Shown here: positions 24,845 through 34,901 of the stretch, piece by piece
Numbering within the stretch: the stretch's first letter is position 1
Layout: every line of letters begins with the position of its first letter
IMG/VR virus record: IMGVR_UViG_3300045988_078919
Length of the DNA stretch: 44,389 nucleotides
Origin: a virus
Direction: 5' to 3' (one strand)
Position numbers and translations under genes: made by a program
Notes under the pieces: model-generated
What the model was told of the DNA's origin: nothing
The model's input: the letters and a program-made list of their open reading frames with translations, nothing else
Databases searched by the model: none

Positions 24845-27800
24845 ATGGCAAACAAAGAAATTGTGATCGATGTTGTATCGGAATATTCCGACCATGCATC
24901 TTCTGGCCTACAGCAAACAGGGAAGAATGCAGAGAAAGCATCACGAGAGATGGACAAGCTTGGAAAGAAGCGTGCAAAGCCAAAATTAGGACTTGAAGAT
25001 AAAGCAAGTCCAGTCCTCGACAAGTTTGGTAAAAAGGGAGACGGGCTCGGTAAAAAGACCTGGACTCCAAAACTTGGATTAAAAGACACTGCAACAGCAG
25101 GGATCAAAAAAGCTATGAGTGCTGGTATGAGTTTTGGTAGAAAGACTTTTTCAGCAGCCCTAAAAATCAATGACAAGGTAACAAGTCAGATCAAAAAAAT
25201 CCCAAGTGTTATATCTAAGATCAAGAATTCTATATTTTCACTAAAAACTTTGGCTGGTGGAGTTATAACTGGAATTGCTACAAAGAAATTGATAGCTGAT
25301 CCAGTATCATTAGCAGACGAATTTCAGACATATCAAATTGGCTTTGAAACAATGCTGAAATCTAAAAAGAAAGCTATGAAGTTTATGGATAGTGCGAAGA
25401 AATTTGCATCTGTTACTCCGTTTGACACATCGGCCGTAGTATCAAATGCTCAAAGGATGTTGGCTTATGGATTTTCTGATAAAGACATTATTCCGGATCT
25501 GACAAAGATTGGTAATGCATCCGCAGCACTTGGAGCTGGAGAAGAGGGTATCTCTCGAGTATCCAGAGCTTTAGGTCAGATGAAAACAAACGGAAGATTG
25601 AACGCAGAGGACATGAATCAGCTGACAGATGTCGGTATAAACGCATGGAAGTATCTTGCTGATGCAGAGGGTAAATCCATAGCCAAGATCAGAGAAATGT
25701 CTCAAAAGGGCGAAATCAGTGGAGACAAAGCAGTTAATACAATCCTTAATGGGCTGAAAGAATTTGATGGAATGATGGACAAAACATCTAATTCGACGGT
25801 TTCTGGATTAATGTCAAATATTAAAGATACGTTTGACATAAACATTGTTTCTAAATGGGGAAAAGGTCTCCAGAAGGGAGCAACGAAAGGTTTAGGAGAC
25901 TTTGCAGAATATCTTGATAAATCCGATGCAAAACTAAAAGAAGCTGGAACATCACTTGAAAAACTTGGAGAGTATGCAAGTACATCTGTATTCAAGGGCC
26001 TTGAAAAGGCTGGAGATAAGATCGACGATCTTATTAGTATGCCAAAATTCCAAAATGCTTCAATCGGTGGCAAGATTAGTATTGCATGGGATGAGTTGAT
26101 CGCCAATCCTTTTTCGAACTGGTGGGATTCCAAAGGAAAACCAGCAATCGTAAAGAAGATTACTGGGATTGGAAAAGATATTGCAAAAGCTGGTGGAAAC
26201 TGGTTCAAGGAATCTCTTAAGGATCTGTTACCAGGCGGAGATAAAGCTGGTATCGAAGATTATTTAGCTGGATTTCTTGGATTATCTGGAGGGCTAAAGC
26301 TGTTTAAAGGTGGAAAAAGTCTATACGATCTGATCACTGGCGGTTCTGGAGGTGGAGGAAAAACAAATCCTTTGGGAGATTCTATTGGAACAATCAATGT
26401 GTCAGCGGCAGTTGTAAATGTGAACGGAGGAATTGGAAACGGAAATTCTACAATACCGGGAACATCTGGTAGTGGAGGAAATGCTACACCGACAACAAAT
26501 CCGACAGGTAATAAAGAAATCTGGTTACCAGAAAGCGTAAAGCGAAAAATGCAACAAACTGAACCGAAAACACCATCTGGACCGACAAGGACACCGGGTG
26601 GCTTGTTTGGTTTAGGCGGTTCTGGTGTCACACTGAAAAATGGAGAAACCGTAGCTGCCACTGGATGGAAAGCATGGCTTGGAAATCTAGGCGTAAAACT
26701 TGGATCAGGTGCAGCGACCGCTGGTGGAGCAGCAGCCGTTGGAGGTGCATCTTTATTAGGCGGAGCTTTAGGGATTGCTGGAATAGGAAGTGCAGCCGGT
26801 AATATTTACAATGCAGTAACTTCCAAAGATTCAGCTACGAAGAAGAAGGAAGCCTATAGAGGTGGTACGAAACTCGGTATGGTTGGAGGTGGAGCTGCAA
26901 CAGGAGCAGCCATTGGAGCAGCCTTTGGCGGTGTTGGGGCAGTTCCGGGAGCGTTGATTGGAGCTGGTGTCGGTGGACTGGGGGCAATCTTTAAAGGAAA
27001 TAAGTTTGGCGATTCCCTTAGAAGGTTTGTATCCAGCCGAAAGAATGCACTGAAAAACAGTAATTCTATGACGGCAAAGAGTCAGAAATATTGGAAATAC
27101 AGTAAAGACAGTATTAGAAGTGTTAATCCAAAAGGAGCAAAATACAAAGAGCTGGCAAGTTCCGTACAGAAAGCTTACGAGGAGAATAAGAAAAACACAA
27201 AACAAACGAATGTTGGATCAAAGACGACAAAGATTTTTTCAGGTGCTACGAATGCAGCTGGTGGAAAAGTCAGTGGCTTAGGTGGAATGTCCGCAACAGC
27301 TGGAGGAATGCTGGGAACGATGGGTTCTATGTCGCTTGCAGCTGGTGGCAACTTACAAAGTGCTGGAAGTTCCGCATTATCACTTGCAGGTGCTTTAGCA
27401 TCCGCAGCCTCAACGATTGCATCCGCAGCAAGTACAACCGCTGCACAAGCAAGTGCGATCAAAAGTATTACTAGTGGAAGTTATCTAAGTAATAGCGGTT
27501 CTTCAAAATCTGGTAAAAAGAAAACAAGCAAAAAGACATCATCCGCACCGAAATTACAGACAGCCTTACCGAAAAATGGGAAGTTCTTTCATAATGCGAA
27601 AGGTAGCTTGGTAAGAGGACATATCGTTTCAGAGCTTGGAGAAGATGGAAACGAAATGGTTATTCCACTTTCTAAACATCGAAGCCGAGCATTATCCTTG
27701 TGGAATCAGGCAGGGCAGATTTTAGGCGTTACAAAACATGCCAAGGGTGGAATTGTTGGCGGTTCAGCTAAGACAGGAGCAACGGCATCATCTGGAAGCA

Positions 27801-27967
27801 GTCAGACAGTCATTAATGTTGGCGGAATTACGATCAGCGTAAATGGTAGTGGAAGCATCGTAGATGATATTAAGAACGCCAAAGGAGAGATTGCTGATAC
27901 AATCATGCAGGCGATTGCAGATGCCGTAGGATCAACAGCAAGTAACAGGACAGCGGAGGTTATGTGA
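24845..27967 (+). CDS. tail tape measure protein
   Basis: 1040 aa with Gly/Ala-rich and helical segments. It follows the chaperone genes. Confidence 0.9.
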   Translation: MANKEIVIDVVSEYSDHASSGLQQTGKNAEKASREMDKLGKKRAKPKLGLEDKASPVLDKFGKKGDGLGKKTWTPKLGLKDTATAGIKKAMSAGMSFGRKTFSAALKINDKVTSQIKKIPSVISKIKNSIFSLKTLAGGVITGIATKKLIADPVSLADEFQTYQIGFETMLKSKKKAMKFMDSAKKFASVTPFDTSAVVSNAQRMLAYGFSDKDIIPDLTKIGNASAALGAGEEGISRVSRALGQMKTNGRLNAEDMNQLTDVGINAWKYLADAEGKSIAKIREMSQKGEISGDKAVNTILNGLKEFDGMMDKTSNSTVSGLMSNIKDTFDINIVSKWGKGLQKGATKGLGDFAEYLDKSDAKLKEAGTSLEKLGEYASTSVFKGLEKAGDKIDDLISMPKFQNASIGGKISIAWDELIANPFSNWWDSKGKPAIVKKITGIGKDIAKAGGNWFKESLKDLLPGGDKAGIEDYLAGFLGLSGGLKLFKGGKSLYDLITGGSGGGGKTNPLGDSIGTINVSAAVVNVNGGIGNGNSTIPGTSGSGGNATPTTNPTGNKEIWLPESVKRKMQQTEPKTPSGPTRTPGGLFGLGGSGVTLKNGETVAATGWKAWLGNLGVKLGSGAATAGGAAAVGGASLLGGALGIAGIGSAAGNIYNAVTSKDSATKKKEAYRGGTKLGMVGGGAATGAAIGAAFGGVGAVPGALIGAGVGGLGAIFKGNKFGDSLRRFVSSRKNALKNSNSMTAKSQKYWKYSKDSIRSVNPKGAKYKELASSVQKAYEENKKNTKQTNVGSKTTKIFSGATNAAGGKVSGLGGMSATAGGMLGTMGSMSLAAGGNLQSAGSSALSLAGALASAASTIASAASTTAAQASAIKSITSGSYLSNSGSSKSGKKKTSKKTSSAPKLQTALPKNGKFFHNAKGSLVRGHIVSELGEDGNEMVIPLSKHRSRALSLWNQAGQILGVTKHAKGGIVGGSAKTGATASSGSSQTVINVGGITISVNGSGSIVDDIKNAKGEIADTIMQAIADAVGSTASNRTAEVM

Positions 27968-28935
27968 TGGACATATATATTACTGGTAAAAATGCAAAGG
28001 GAGCGAATCAAAAGATTCAGCTTCCAGTGATTCCAGAAGAGATTGAAACATCACTTGATGGAAAATTTGCAGAGTATGATATTTATAGATTTGGGCAGAT
28101 CAACGTTCCGAATGGTAAAAACTTGTCAGAGCTTGGTTGGGATAGTTTCTTGCCCGGAGAATCAAGAAAAGGCATGAAATTTGTTCATAAGTGGACTGAT
28201 CCAGCGGTATTGGATGCGTTGCTGAATTACTGGACAGTGCATGGAACAGTGGTAAATGTCTGTATTACAGGAACAAAGATCAATAAAGACATGATGATCT
28301 CACAGTACGTTTCCACGATTAAAAGTCTGAAAGATTATTATTATACAATCCGATTTATTGATTATGAGAAAATCAGTGTATCATCGAGTAAACGAAAGCG
28401 AAAGACAACCAAAGTAAAAAAGAAAAAGGTTAAGGTAAAAAAAGGTCAGACGTTGCGTAAGCTTGCAAAGAAATATCTCGGATCGAGTAAAAAGTACAAG
28501 TTAATTTATAATGCCAATAAAAAACTCATTGATGCAAGGAACAAGAAGGAACGCAAGAAACATCCGAAAAAGAAGATCAGCAAATACACGATCTATAAAG
28601 GACAGGTGCTTGTGATCCCTGTTCCAAGCAGTAAATCCGTTTCAAATTCTAAAGTCACTGAACTTAAGAAAGCAATGAACAAAGACGGATATTCCAAATT
28701 GAAAGTTGACAAAAAGCTGACTTCCGCTATGAAATCTGCCATGAAGAAGATTAAGATTCGAAGAGGCAGACGAGGGAAAGTGGTTAAATTTGTGCAGAAG
28801 ATTGTCAGAACTAAACAAGATGGAATTTACGGATCAAAGACAGCAGCAGCAGTGAAAAGATATCAGCGAAAGCATAAATTAACTGTTGACGGCGTTGTAG
28901 GTTATAAGACTTTGTTAAAGATGATAGGAGGATAA
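27964..28935 (+). CDS. XkdP-like LysM / peptidoglycan-binding tail protein
   Basis: LysM-like stretch VKKGQTLRKLAKKYLGSSKKYKLIYNANKKLI...YKGQVLVIP. The C-terminal stretch DGIYGSKTAAAVKRYQRKHKLTVDGVVGYKTLLKM is PG_binding_1-like. Confidence 0.75.
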   Translation: MMDIYITGKNAKGANQKIQLPVIPEEIETSLDGKFAEYDIYRFGQINVPNGKNLSELGWDSFLPGESRKGMKFVHKWTDPAVLDALLNYWTVHGTVVNVCITGTKINKDMMISQYVSTIKSLKDYYYTIRFIDYEKISVSSSKRKRKTTKVKKKKVKVKKGQTLRKLAKKYLGSSKKYKLIYNANKKLIDARNKKERKKHPKKKISKYTIYKGQVLVIPVPSSKSVSNSKVTELKKAMNKDGYSKLKVDKKLTSAMKSAMKKIKIRRGRRGKVVKFVQKIVRTKQDGIYGSKTAAAVKRYQRKHKLTVDGVVGYKTLLKMIGG

Positions 28936-28938
28936 ATC

Positions 28939-29937
28939 ATGGCAAGTTTGGCAAATCCGCAGTATAAAGCCGTGGTAAAGACATCATCCGGCAAGAGATA
29001 TGATCTTTTTAAATCACGAGTTATTTTAGATTTAACGATCTCAGATGATCCTGATTCGTTAGCGAAAGAAGTCAGTTTAACAGTAATGAATGCCGTTCAA
29101 AATGGGGCTACACTATCAACCTTGATACAGCCGTCAGACCGATTATATATTTCTGCCGATGTTGGGAATGGGTACTTTGAAGTATTTCGAGGTGTGATCT
29201 GGGAAAATGACAGAGTTACAGACACCGAGAAGGAAGTAACGTTTACAGCGTATGATTATCTCATTTATATGATGAAATCACAGGACTATTTTTATTATAA
29301 GTCTGGACTTAGTACAAAAGAGATTGTAAAGAAAATCTGTACCGCTTGGAAACTGAAATTAAGCTATAGTTATGGCTCGATCAAAAACAAAAGAATCAAG
29401 CCAGTTCAGAAGAATATCGGAGATATGATTATATACGTGCTTAACAAAGCAAAGAAAAGTATTTCCAGCCGTTATATTTTCACGATTGAAGGAACGACTG
29501 TGATTATAAAGTATGCAAACAAAAATTCGACGATTTATAAATTGAAAGAAGGAAAGAACGTTATATCTATTGAACTGAAAATAACGATGGATGATATCGT
29601 TACCAAAATAAAAATTTATGGAGAGTCGAAGAAAAACTCGATTCCAAGACTTTCAACATTATCTAAGAATACATCGAAGTTTGGTACGATCCAAGATATT
29701 ATGGACAAGGACAAAAAAGAAAAGCTGTCTAAGGTCAAGAAACAGGCACAAAACAAGCTTAAAAGAAGTGCAAAAGTCAAACGAGAATACACAGTGACAG
29801 CGATCAGTAATCCTAAGATCAAACGAGGCGATACAGTCTATGTTGATTGTGGTATCGCTGGAATCAAGGGAAACAAGACAGTGAAAAGTATATCTCATGA
29901 CTGTGTTGCTGGAACAATGGACGTTGTTTTTTATTAA
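28939..29937 (+). CDS. XkdQ-like baseplate hub / late-control-D-like protein
   Basis: 332 aa, positioned after the LysM protein as in PBSX. Confidence 0.65.
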   Translation: MASLANPQYKAVVKTSSGKRYDLFKSRVILDLTISDDPDSLAKEVSLTVMNAVQNGATLSTLIQPSDRLYISADVGNGYFEVFRGVIWENDRVTDTEKEVTFTAYDYLIYMMKSQDYFYYKSGLSTKEIVKKICTAWKLKLSYSYGSIKNKRIKPVQKNIGDMIIYVLNKAKKSISSRYIFTIEGTTVIIKYANKNSTIYKLKEGKNVISIELKITMDDIVTKIKIYGESKKNSIPRLSTLSKNTSKFGTIQDIMDKDKKEKLSKVKKQAQNKLKRSAKVKREYTVTAISNPKIKRGDTVYVDCGIAGIKGNKTVKSISHDCVAGTMDVVFY

Positions 29938-29943
29938 AGGAGA

Positions 29944-30231
29944 TTGCTAGTTATGAAGCAAGATGGAAGAAAAAACTTTATTCGGATGATCGAACAGATT
30001 TCAAAGGGAAATAACAGCGAAGCAGTAAATATTATTGCAGAACTTGGAACGATGAAAGCTGGTGGCGTTCTTCCAGATTCTTACCCAGAAGGATCAGAAC
30101 CAGACGATGATTATTTAGTATTATCTGGAATAGAGACAGCAGAAGGAGACAGGGTTTTATTGATCTGGACAGATGCAGAAGAACTTATTGTAGTTGGAAA
30201 GGTAGAAGGAGGTGGAGACGATGCCGGATAA
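29944..30231 (+). CDS. XkdR-like (DUF2577) baseplate protein
   Basis: 95 aa; assigned by synteny. The ATG at 29953 is an alternative start. Confidence 0.5.
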   Translation: MLVMKQDGRKNFIRMIEQISKGNNSEAVNIIAELGTMKAGGVLPDSYPEGSEPDDDYLVLSGIETAEGDRVLLIWTDAEELIVVGKVEGGGDDAG

Positions 30232-30718
30232 TCTTTTTCCCGAGGAATACGACAATGACGAGGAATATTTAGACGATGAAGAGAACGAAGGAACTGACGA
30301 AGAAAATACAGAAGAGGACGAAGATGCTGGTTATAAGCCGAGCATCTTTTTTGATTTTGACACAGGCGACTTTGTTACGCTTCATGATGGAAAATTAAAA
30401 GAGGCATCCGGGTTCGAAGCGTGGGTGCAATGGTGTTACAAAACGATCATGACACAAAGATATGCTCATGAGGGATATTCCACCGACATTGGGATTGACT
30501 ATGAAAGTGCCTTGCAAGCAGATAGCCGTGAAGAGGCAGAAAGCATTTTACAAAGAGAGATTGAAGAGGCGTTAATGGCTGATCCGTCCGAAAGAACTTT
30601 GTACGTTGGGAATATTACGTTTCAATGGGAAGCAGATCATTGTCTTGTAACAGTACAAGTACAGGGAATCGACGGAGATACAGAGATAACAACAAGTTTT
30701 AAAAGTGAGGTGGGCTAA
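30212..30718 (+). CDS. XkdS-like (DUF2634) baseplate protein with highly acidic N-terminal extension
   Basis: KPSIFFDFDTGDF...WVQWCYKTIMTQRYAHEGYSTDIGIDYE resembles DUF2634. The first ~40 aa are mostly D/E/N. Confidence 0.6.
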   Translation: METMPDNLFPEEYDNDEEYLDDEENEGTDEENTEEDEDAGYKPSIFFDFDTGDFVTLHDGKLKEASGFEAWVQWCYKTIMTQRYAHEGYSTDIGIDYESALQADSREEAESILQREIEEALMADPSERTLYVGNITFQWEADHCLVTVQVQGIDGDTEITTSFKSEVG

Positions 30719-30720
30719 AA

Positions 30721-31884
30721 ATGGCATTGGAAGCAGAAGAAATGGAACTTCCCGATTTTTTGGAAAATTCGAGTGAAGATGAAATCCATGAGAAAATGCT
30801 GGGAAATTTGCCAGACGATATTGATAAATCAGAGGGCGGATTTCCGTGGGATTTTACACGACCAACAGCAATAGAAATATCAGAACTTAAAGAGTACGTT
30901 CTTGTAGAAGTTTTAAAGTGCCTTTTTCCAGCTACCTGTGAAGAATCGTATTTGTTAGATTATCACGCAGACGAGCGAGGAGGCATGGTGCGAAGAGAAT
31001 CAGTAAACGCTTCGGGATATGTGACAATTACAGCAAAAGCTGGACTTGTAATACCCCTTGGCTATGGATTTTCAACGGAGGCTGACGATGAAGGAAATAA
31101 TACCATAGAGTTCGTAACGATTGAAGAAGCTACAGTTGATACGCTGGGAAATGCAAAAATACCAATTGAAGCAGTAGAAGGAGGAGCAGATAGCAATGTT
31201 GGAGCAAATACAATCGTATTGCACACAGGGGACGAGAATGGAGAACTTCTCGACGAGATTATATCTGTAACAAATGAAGAACCGATCACTGGTGGTTTGG
31301 ATGAAGAGGACGATGACACTTTGAGAGAGCGAATCGTTGAATACGATCAAAGTCAGGACGTTTCGTTTATAGGAAATGTTGCCGATTACAAACGATGGGC
31401 ATTATCGGTTGCTGGTGTAGGTGCTGCAACTGTTATATCGGCAAAAGATACATCGGGTACAGTTAAGATCATTTTGCTAGATCAGAATGGACAGCCGGCA
31501 TCAAAGCAGATTCAAGATGCCGTTTATGATTATATTATGAGTCCAGACGATGGAGAAGCACGTTTAGCACCGACAAATGCCGTTTTAGAAATAACAACCC
31601 CTGATACAGTCACAATTAATGTCGCAGCGGTTGTGTATCTGAAAGAAGGAACGATTCGAGAGGTGCAAGACAGCTTTAAGACAGAATTGCAGGCATATTT
31701 ATTGAACGTATCTTCGGATGCAACCGATAATGTTGTCAGAATATCAGCGATCAACTCATTACTTAGTTCTATATCCGATATTTATGACTATGAAAATGTA
31801 CAGATAAATGATGCAGCCAAAAACGTTGAATTTACGTCTGGACAAATGCCTGTGCTTGGAACTATAGCATTAACGGAGGGCTGA
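30721..31884 (+). CDS. baseplate J-like protein (XkdT-like)
   Basis: 387 aa with GGFPWDFTRP...ITGGLDEEDDDTLRERI, which is characteristic of gpJ-family baseplate proteins. Confidence 0.8.
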   Translation: MALEAEEMELPDFLENSSEDEIHEKMLGNLPDDIDKSEGGFPWDFTRPTAIEISELKEYVLVEVLKCLFPATCEESYLLDYHADERGGMVRRESVNASGYVTITAKAGLVIPLGYGFSTEADDEGNNTIEFVTIEEATVDTLGNAKIPIEAVEGGADSNVGANTIVLHTGDENGELLDEIISVTNEEPITGGLDEEDDDTLRERIVEYDQSQDVSFIGNVADYKRWALSVAGVGAATVISAKDTSGTVKIILLDQNGQPASKQIQDAVYDYIMSPDDGEARLAPTNAVLEITTPDTVTINVAAVVYLKEGTIREVQDSFKTELQAYLLNVSSDATDNVVRISAINSLLSSISDIYDYENVQINDAAKNVEFTSGQMPVLGTIALTEG

Positions 31885-31887
31885 TTT

Positions 31888-32460
31888 ATGTGGTATAAAA
31901 CAGAACTTATGGAGCAAATCTTAACCAGTGAGAGTGCAAAGCGAATGATTGATTATGTATCTCCTATTTACGGAAAATCAAGAATCGGTCTTTGGTTGTT
32001 TCAGATCATCGGTCTGGAATTAGACGATGTGAAAGAGATATGTGACGACATTTACGATCAAATCTTTGTAAGTCGTGCCACATGGTCGTTGCCGTACTGG
32101 GAAAAAGCGTATGAAATAACGCCTCTTCCAGATCAGACAATAGAACAAAGAAGGCAGCAGATTCAGCAAAGGAGAGTAAAAAAGGCTTTAAATCCAGCAC
32201 GTTTTGAAAAGATTTTATCATCTTTGAGCGGTGTTGAAGCAAAGATCGTTGAAAACACTGGTAAGAATACATTTCAAGTGATTTTTTACGGAACAGTCAA
32301 TAACTATGATGAAGTATTAAGAAGAATTGAGCAATTAAAACCAGCACATCTTATATGTGATGTTCGTATCTCGGAAGTGAGTGAATCAGAAACGAATATT
32401 AATTATGTGATCGTGTCAAGTGTATGCGAGCATTCTTCAACGATTATTAGTGAGGTATAA
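31888..32460 (+). CDS. XkdU-like / P2 gpI-like tail protein (DUF2313)
   Basis: The pattern ATWSLPYWEKAYEITPLPDQTIEQRRQQIQQRR is typical of DUF2313. Confidence 0.65.
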   Translation: MWYKTELMEQILTSESAKRMIDYVSPIYGKSRIGLWLFQIIGLELDDVKEICDDIYDQIFVSRATWSLPYWEKAYEITPLPDQTIEQRRQQIQQRRVKKALNPARFEKILSSLSGVEAKIVENTGKNTFQVIFYGTVNNYDEVLRRIEQLKPAHLICDVRISEVSESETNINYVIVSSVCEHSSTIISEV

Positions 32461-32462
32461 GT

Positions 32463-33320
32463 ATGTGGGATAATACGATAATTACAGACAAAGGAATTGA
32501 TCTTTTAAAAAGAGCTCTGGATGGCGAGCAGATTAACATAACCGCTATAAAAGCTGGGGCTGGAAAAGTAGATGTAAGTTCATTAGGAAGCCAGACAGCG
32601 GTTTCAGATATAAAACAAATTGGAACAATCCAAGGCATAACAACCGCTTCGGATGGAACAATTAAAATCGGAGTGCTGTTTTCCAATACTGGATTGACAG
32701 CTGGTTATCTTATGACACAGCTAGGTATTTATGCGAGAGATTCATACGGAACAGAGATATTATTTGCAATTTCGCAAAATTCAACAGGTAAAGAAGTTCC
32801 GTCAGAAACATCCATGCCGTCATGGTCGCTGGTACATGACTTTTATATCAAGTTAAGTAATGATGTAAGTATTACAACGACGATTGATCCAGAGGGATAC
32901 GTTACATTTGGAACTTTACAGGAAGAATTGGAAAAGCAGAAGATCAAAGATACAGGCTGGATCACTGTCAATACTTTTTTTAATGGTTGTACTCATTATG
33001 GACCAAATTCCAAAGTTAGGGTACGTCAGTATGGGGATGTTGTAAGCATCATTGGAGCAATTGGAAATTCAAAGGTATTAAGTACAAAAAGTACCGGTGA
33101 TAGATATCCTATTGTTGCAATGTTTAAATTACCAGATGAGATAGAAGTTCCTATGGAAAATATACATTTTGTACAACAAGGAAGTGGGATTAACAGGTTT
33201 TCATTATCCATTGACTATAATGCTAGAACAGTCAACATAGAACGTTATGGAACAACATCTTTAATTGACGTTCCAGCCAATCAATGGCTGAATGTAACAT
33301 GTTCTTATCTTGTATATTAG
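32463..33320 (+). CDS. tail fibre protein (tail-collar-fibre N-terminal domain)
   Basis: N-terminus is TDKGIDLLKRALDGEQINITAIKAGAGKVD...LGIYARDSYGTEILFAI. The C-terminus is divergent. Confidence 0.6.
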   Translation: MWDNTIITDKGIDLLKRALDGEQINITAIKAGAGKVDVSSLGSQTAVSDIKQIGTIQGITTASDGTIKIGVLFSNTGLTAGYLMTQLGIYARDSYGTEILFAISQNSTGKEVPSETSMPSWSLVHDFYIKLSNDVSITTTIDPEGYVTFGTLQEELEKQKIKDTGWITVNTFFNGCTHYGPNSKVRVRQYGDVVSIIGAIGNSKVLSTKSTGDRYPIVAMFKLPDEIEVPMENIHFVQQGSGINRFSLSIDYNARTVNIERYGTTSLIDVPANQWLNVTCSYLVY

Positions 33321-33416
33321 GAGTATAGCCCATGATGAAAATAAGAGCCCCTTGTAACTAAAAGAAAAAAACAAAATCGTAAAATAACACAAAGCCTATG
33401 AAGGGAGAAAAGAAAT

Positions 33417-34328
33417 ATGGCAGTAAAAACAGTACAAACCGTCATTAACGGACAGACATATACACTTACACTTAACAGCTCAACAGGAAAATACGAGGCT
33501 ACAGTAACAGCTCCGTCAGAATCCAGTTATAACCAGAGTGGACATTACTATCCAGTAAAAGTAACAGCAACGGATGAGGCTGGAAACTCAACATCTAAGG
33601 ATGCGAGTGATTCTACCTTAGGATCATCCCTTAGATTAACAGTTAAAGAGAAAGTAGCTCCAGTTATTGCAATTGTAAGCCCAACAGCTGGTTCATTCTC
33701 TACAAACAGCAAACCTACGATCACATGGAAAGTTACCGATGCGGATTCTGGAGTTAACCCAGCAACAATCGGTATTACACTTGACAGTGGTACTAAGGTA
33801 ACTGGCGATGCGATCACTAAGACAGCGATCGCAGGCGGATACCAGTGTACATATACACCGGCTACAGCGTTATCCGATGGAAGTCATACAATCAAACTTG
33901 ATGCATCCGATTATGATGGAAACGCAGCCGCTACAAACTCAACTATATTCAAGGTAGATACAGTACCACCAACACTGACTCTTTCAAGCCCAGCAGACAA
34001 GCTTATTACAAACAAATCTGCTTGTACAGTCAAAGGTACTACAAACGATGTTACTTCCAGTCCTGTTAAAGTTACAATCAAACTTAACAGTGGAACAGCA
34101 GAGTCTGTTACAGTCGGAAGAGATGGTTCATTTACTAAAGACCTTACTCTTGCAAATGGAACAAACACAATCACAGTTGTTGCTACCGACAGTGCTGGTA
34201 AGTCTACAACAGTTACAAGAACAGTTACACTGGATACAGCAGCACCAGTTATCAAGTCTGTAACATTAACTCCAAACCCTGTTGATTGCGGTAAAACATT
34301 TGTAATTAGCGTTGAAGTAACAGACTAA
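33417..34328 (+). CDS. Ig-like-domain repeat protein (fibre / adhesion accessory)
   Basis: 303 aa rich in Thr/Val/Ser. Repeated ...VTATDEAGNST... and ...VVATDSAGKSTT... beta-sandwich-type modules are present. Confidence 0.65.
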   Translation: MAVKTVQTVINGQTYTLTLNSSTGKYEATVTAPSESSYNQSGHYYPVKVTATDEAGNSTSKDASDSTLGSSLRLTVKEKVAPVIAIVSPTAGSFSTNSKPTITWKVTDADSGVNPATIGITLDSGTKVTGDAITKTAIAGGYQCTYTPATALSDGSHTIKLDASDYDGNAAATNSTIFKVDTVPPTLTLSSPADKLITNKSACTVKGTTNDVTSSPVKVTIKLNSGTAESVTVGRDGSFTKDLTLANGTNTITVVATDSAGKSTTVTRTVTLDTAAPVIKSVTLTPNPVDCGKTFVISVEVTD

Positions 34329-34338
34329 GGAGCAATCT

Positions 34339-34593
34339 ATGGTTGTTCGGTTAGAGGGAGAGATTAACGGAGAATCCGTTGTTTTATACAGAAATAAGGA
34401 TTCTCCGGGTTCTCCGGAGATATGGGATGCAGTTATTCCAGCGACATTAAACGGCAAGTATATTATAGGACTTACCGCCTATGATGAAGCTGGTAATATT
34501 GGATATTATGCGACTTATATTATCACTGTGGATTTAGCCTCTATGCGAGTGACATTAGAGCCGTTAGATATCTATGCAACTTTAAATAATTAG
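34339..34593 (+). CDS. small Ig-like-domain protein
   Basis: 84 aa; IGLTAYDEAGNIGYYATYIITVD echoes the modules of the upstream protein. AAGGAG RBS. Confidence 0.5.
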   Translation: MVVRLEGEINGESVVLYRNKDSPGSPEIWDAVIPATLNGKYIIGLTAYDEAGNIGYYATYIITVDLASMRVTLEPLDIYATLNN

Positions 34594-34614
34594 AAGAAAA
34601 TATAGGAGGCTGGT

Positions 34615-34896
34615 ATGCAAAGTAAGAAAAAAGTAATGCTTAATGCTGGGGAAACAAGGTGTATAAGAATTTCAATTCATTCTATCAAAGATCAAAATTT
34701 TGTGATTGAAGAAGCTTCATTTTCTTTATTACGTTTAAAAGATAAGGTAGAAGAAAGCAACGGAAATTGTAAGATTTATGAGCATGAGATCGAAGCCATA
34801 GTCTCCCCAAAATAACGAGGCACATACACACTTGATATTAAATATGTGATATTGGACGAAGTTCTGATAGAGCCGATAGAACTGAAGGTGGTGTAG
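34615..34896 (+). pseudogene. tail-associated small gene interrupted by an in-frame TAA (34813-34815)
   Basis: The track ORF ends ...EIEAIVSPK. The same frame continues RGTYTLDIKYVILDEVLIEPIELKVV to the TAG at 34894-34896. Confidence 0.45.
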
Positions 34897-34901
34897 TTGT
34901 A

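Noticed and set aside
24736-27462. Long minus-strand ORFs inside the tape measure gene (24736-25176, 24822-25094, 25702-26208, 26260-26661, 26831-27205, 27175-27462)
   Set aside because: They lie fully antisense to a 1040-aa gene with clear function and synteny and have no ribosome-binding sites. Their compositions are low-complexity Pro/Ser/Phe-rich, typical of shadow ORFs opposite Gly/Ala/Lys-rich coding sequence.
28381-28600. Lys-rich low-complexity stretches (KRKRKTTKVKKKKVKVKK in the LysM protein; KAKKKAKKKAVKK in the endolysin at about 36250-36290)
   Set aside because: These are interdomain linkers within well-supported genes, not independent repeat elements.
33548-34263. Antisense or alternate-frame ORFs in the Ig-like protein gene (33548-33817, 33911-34255 on the minus strand; 34048-34263 on the plus strand)
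   Set aside because: They are nested in a strongly supported 303-aa gene. The repetitive Thr/Val codons generate open alternative frames.
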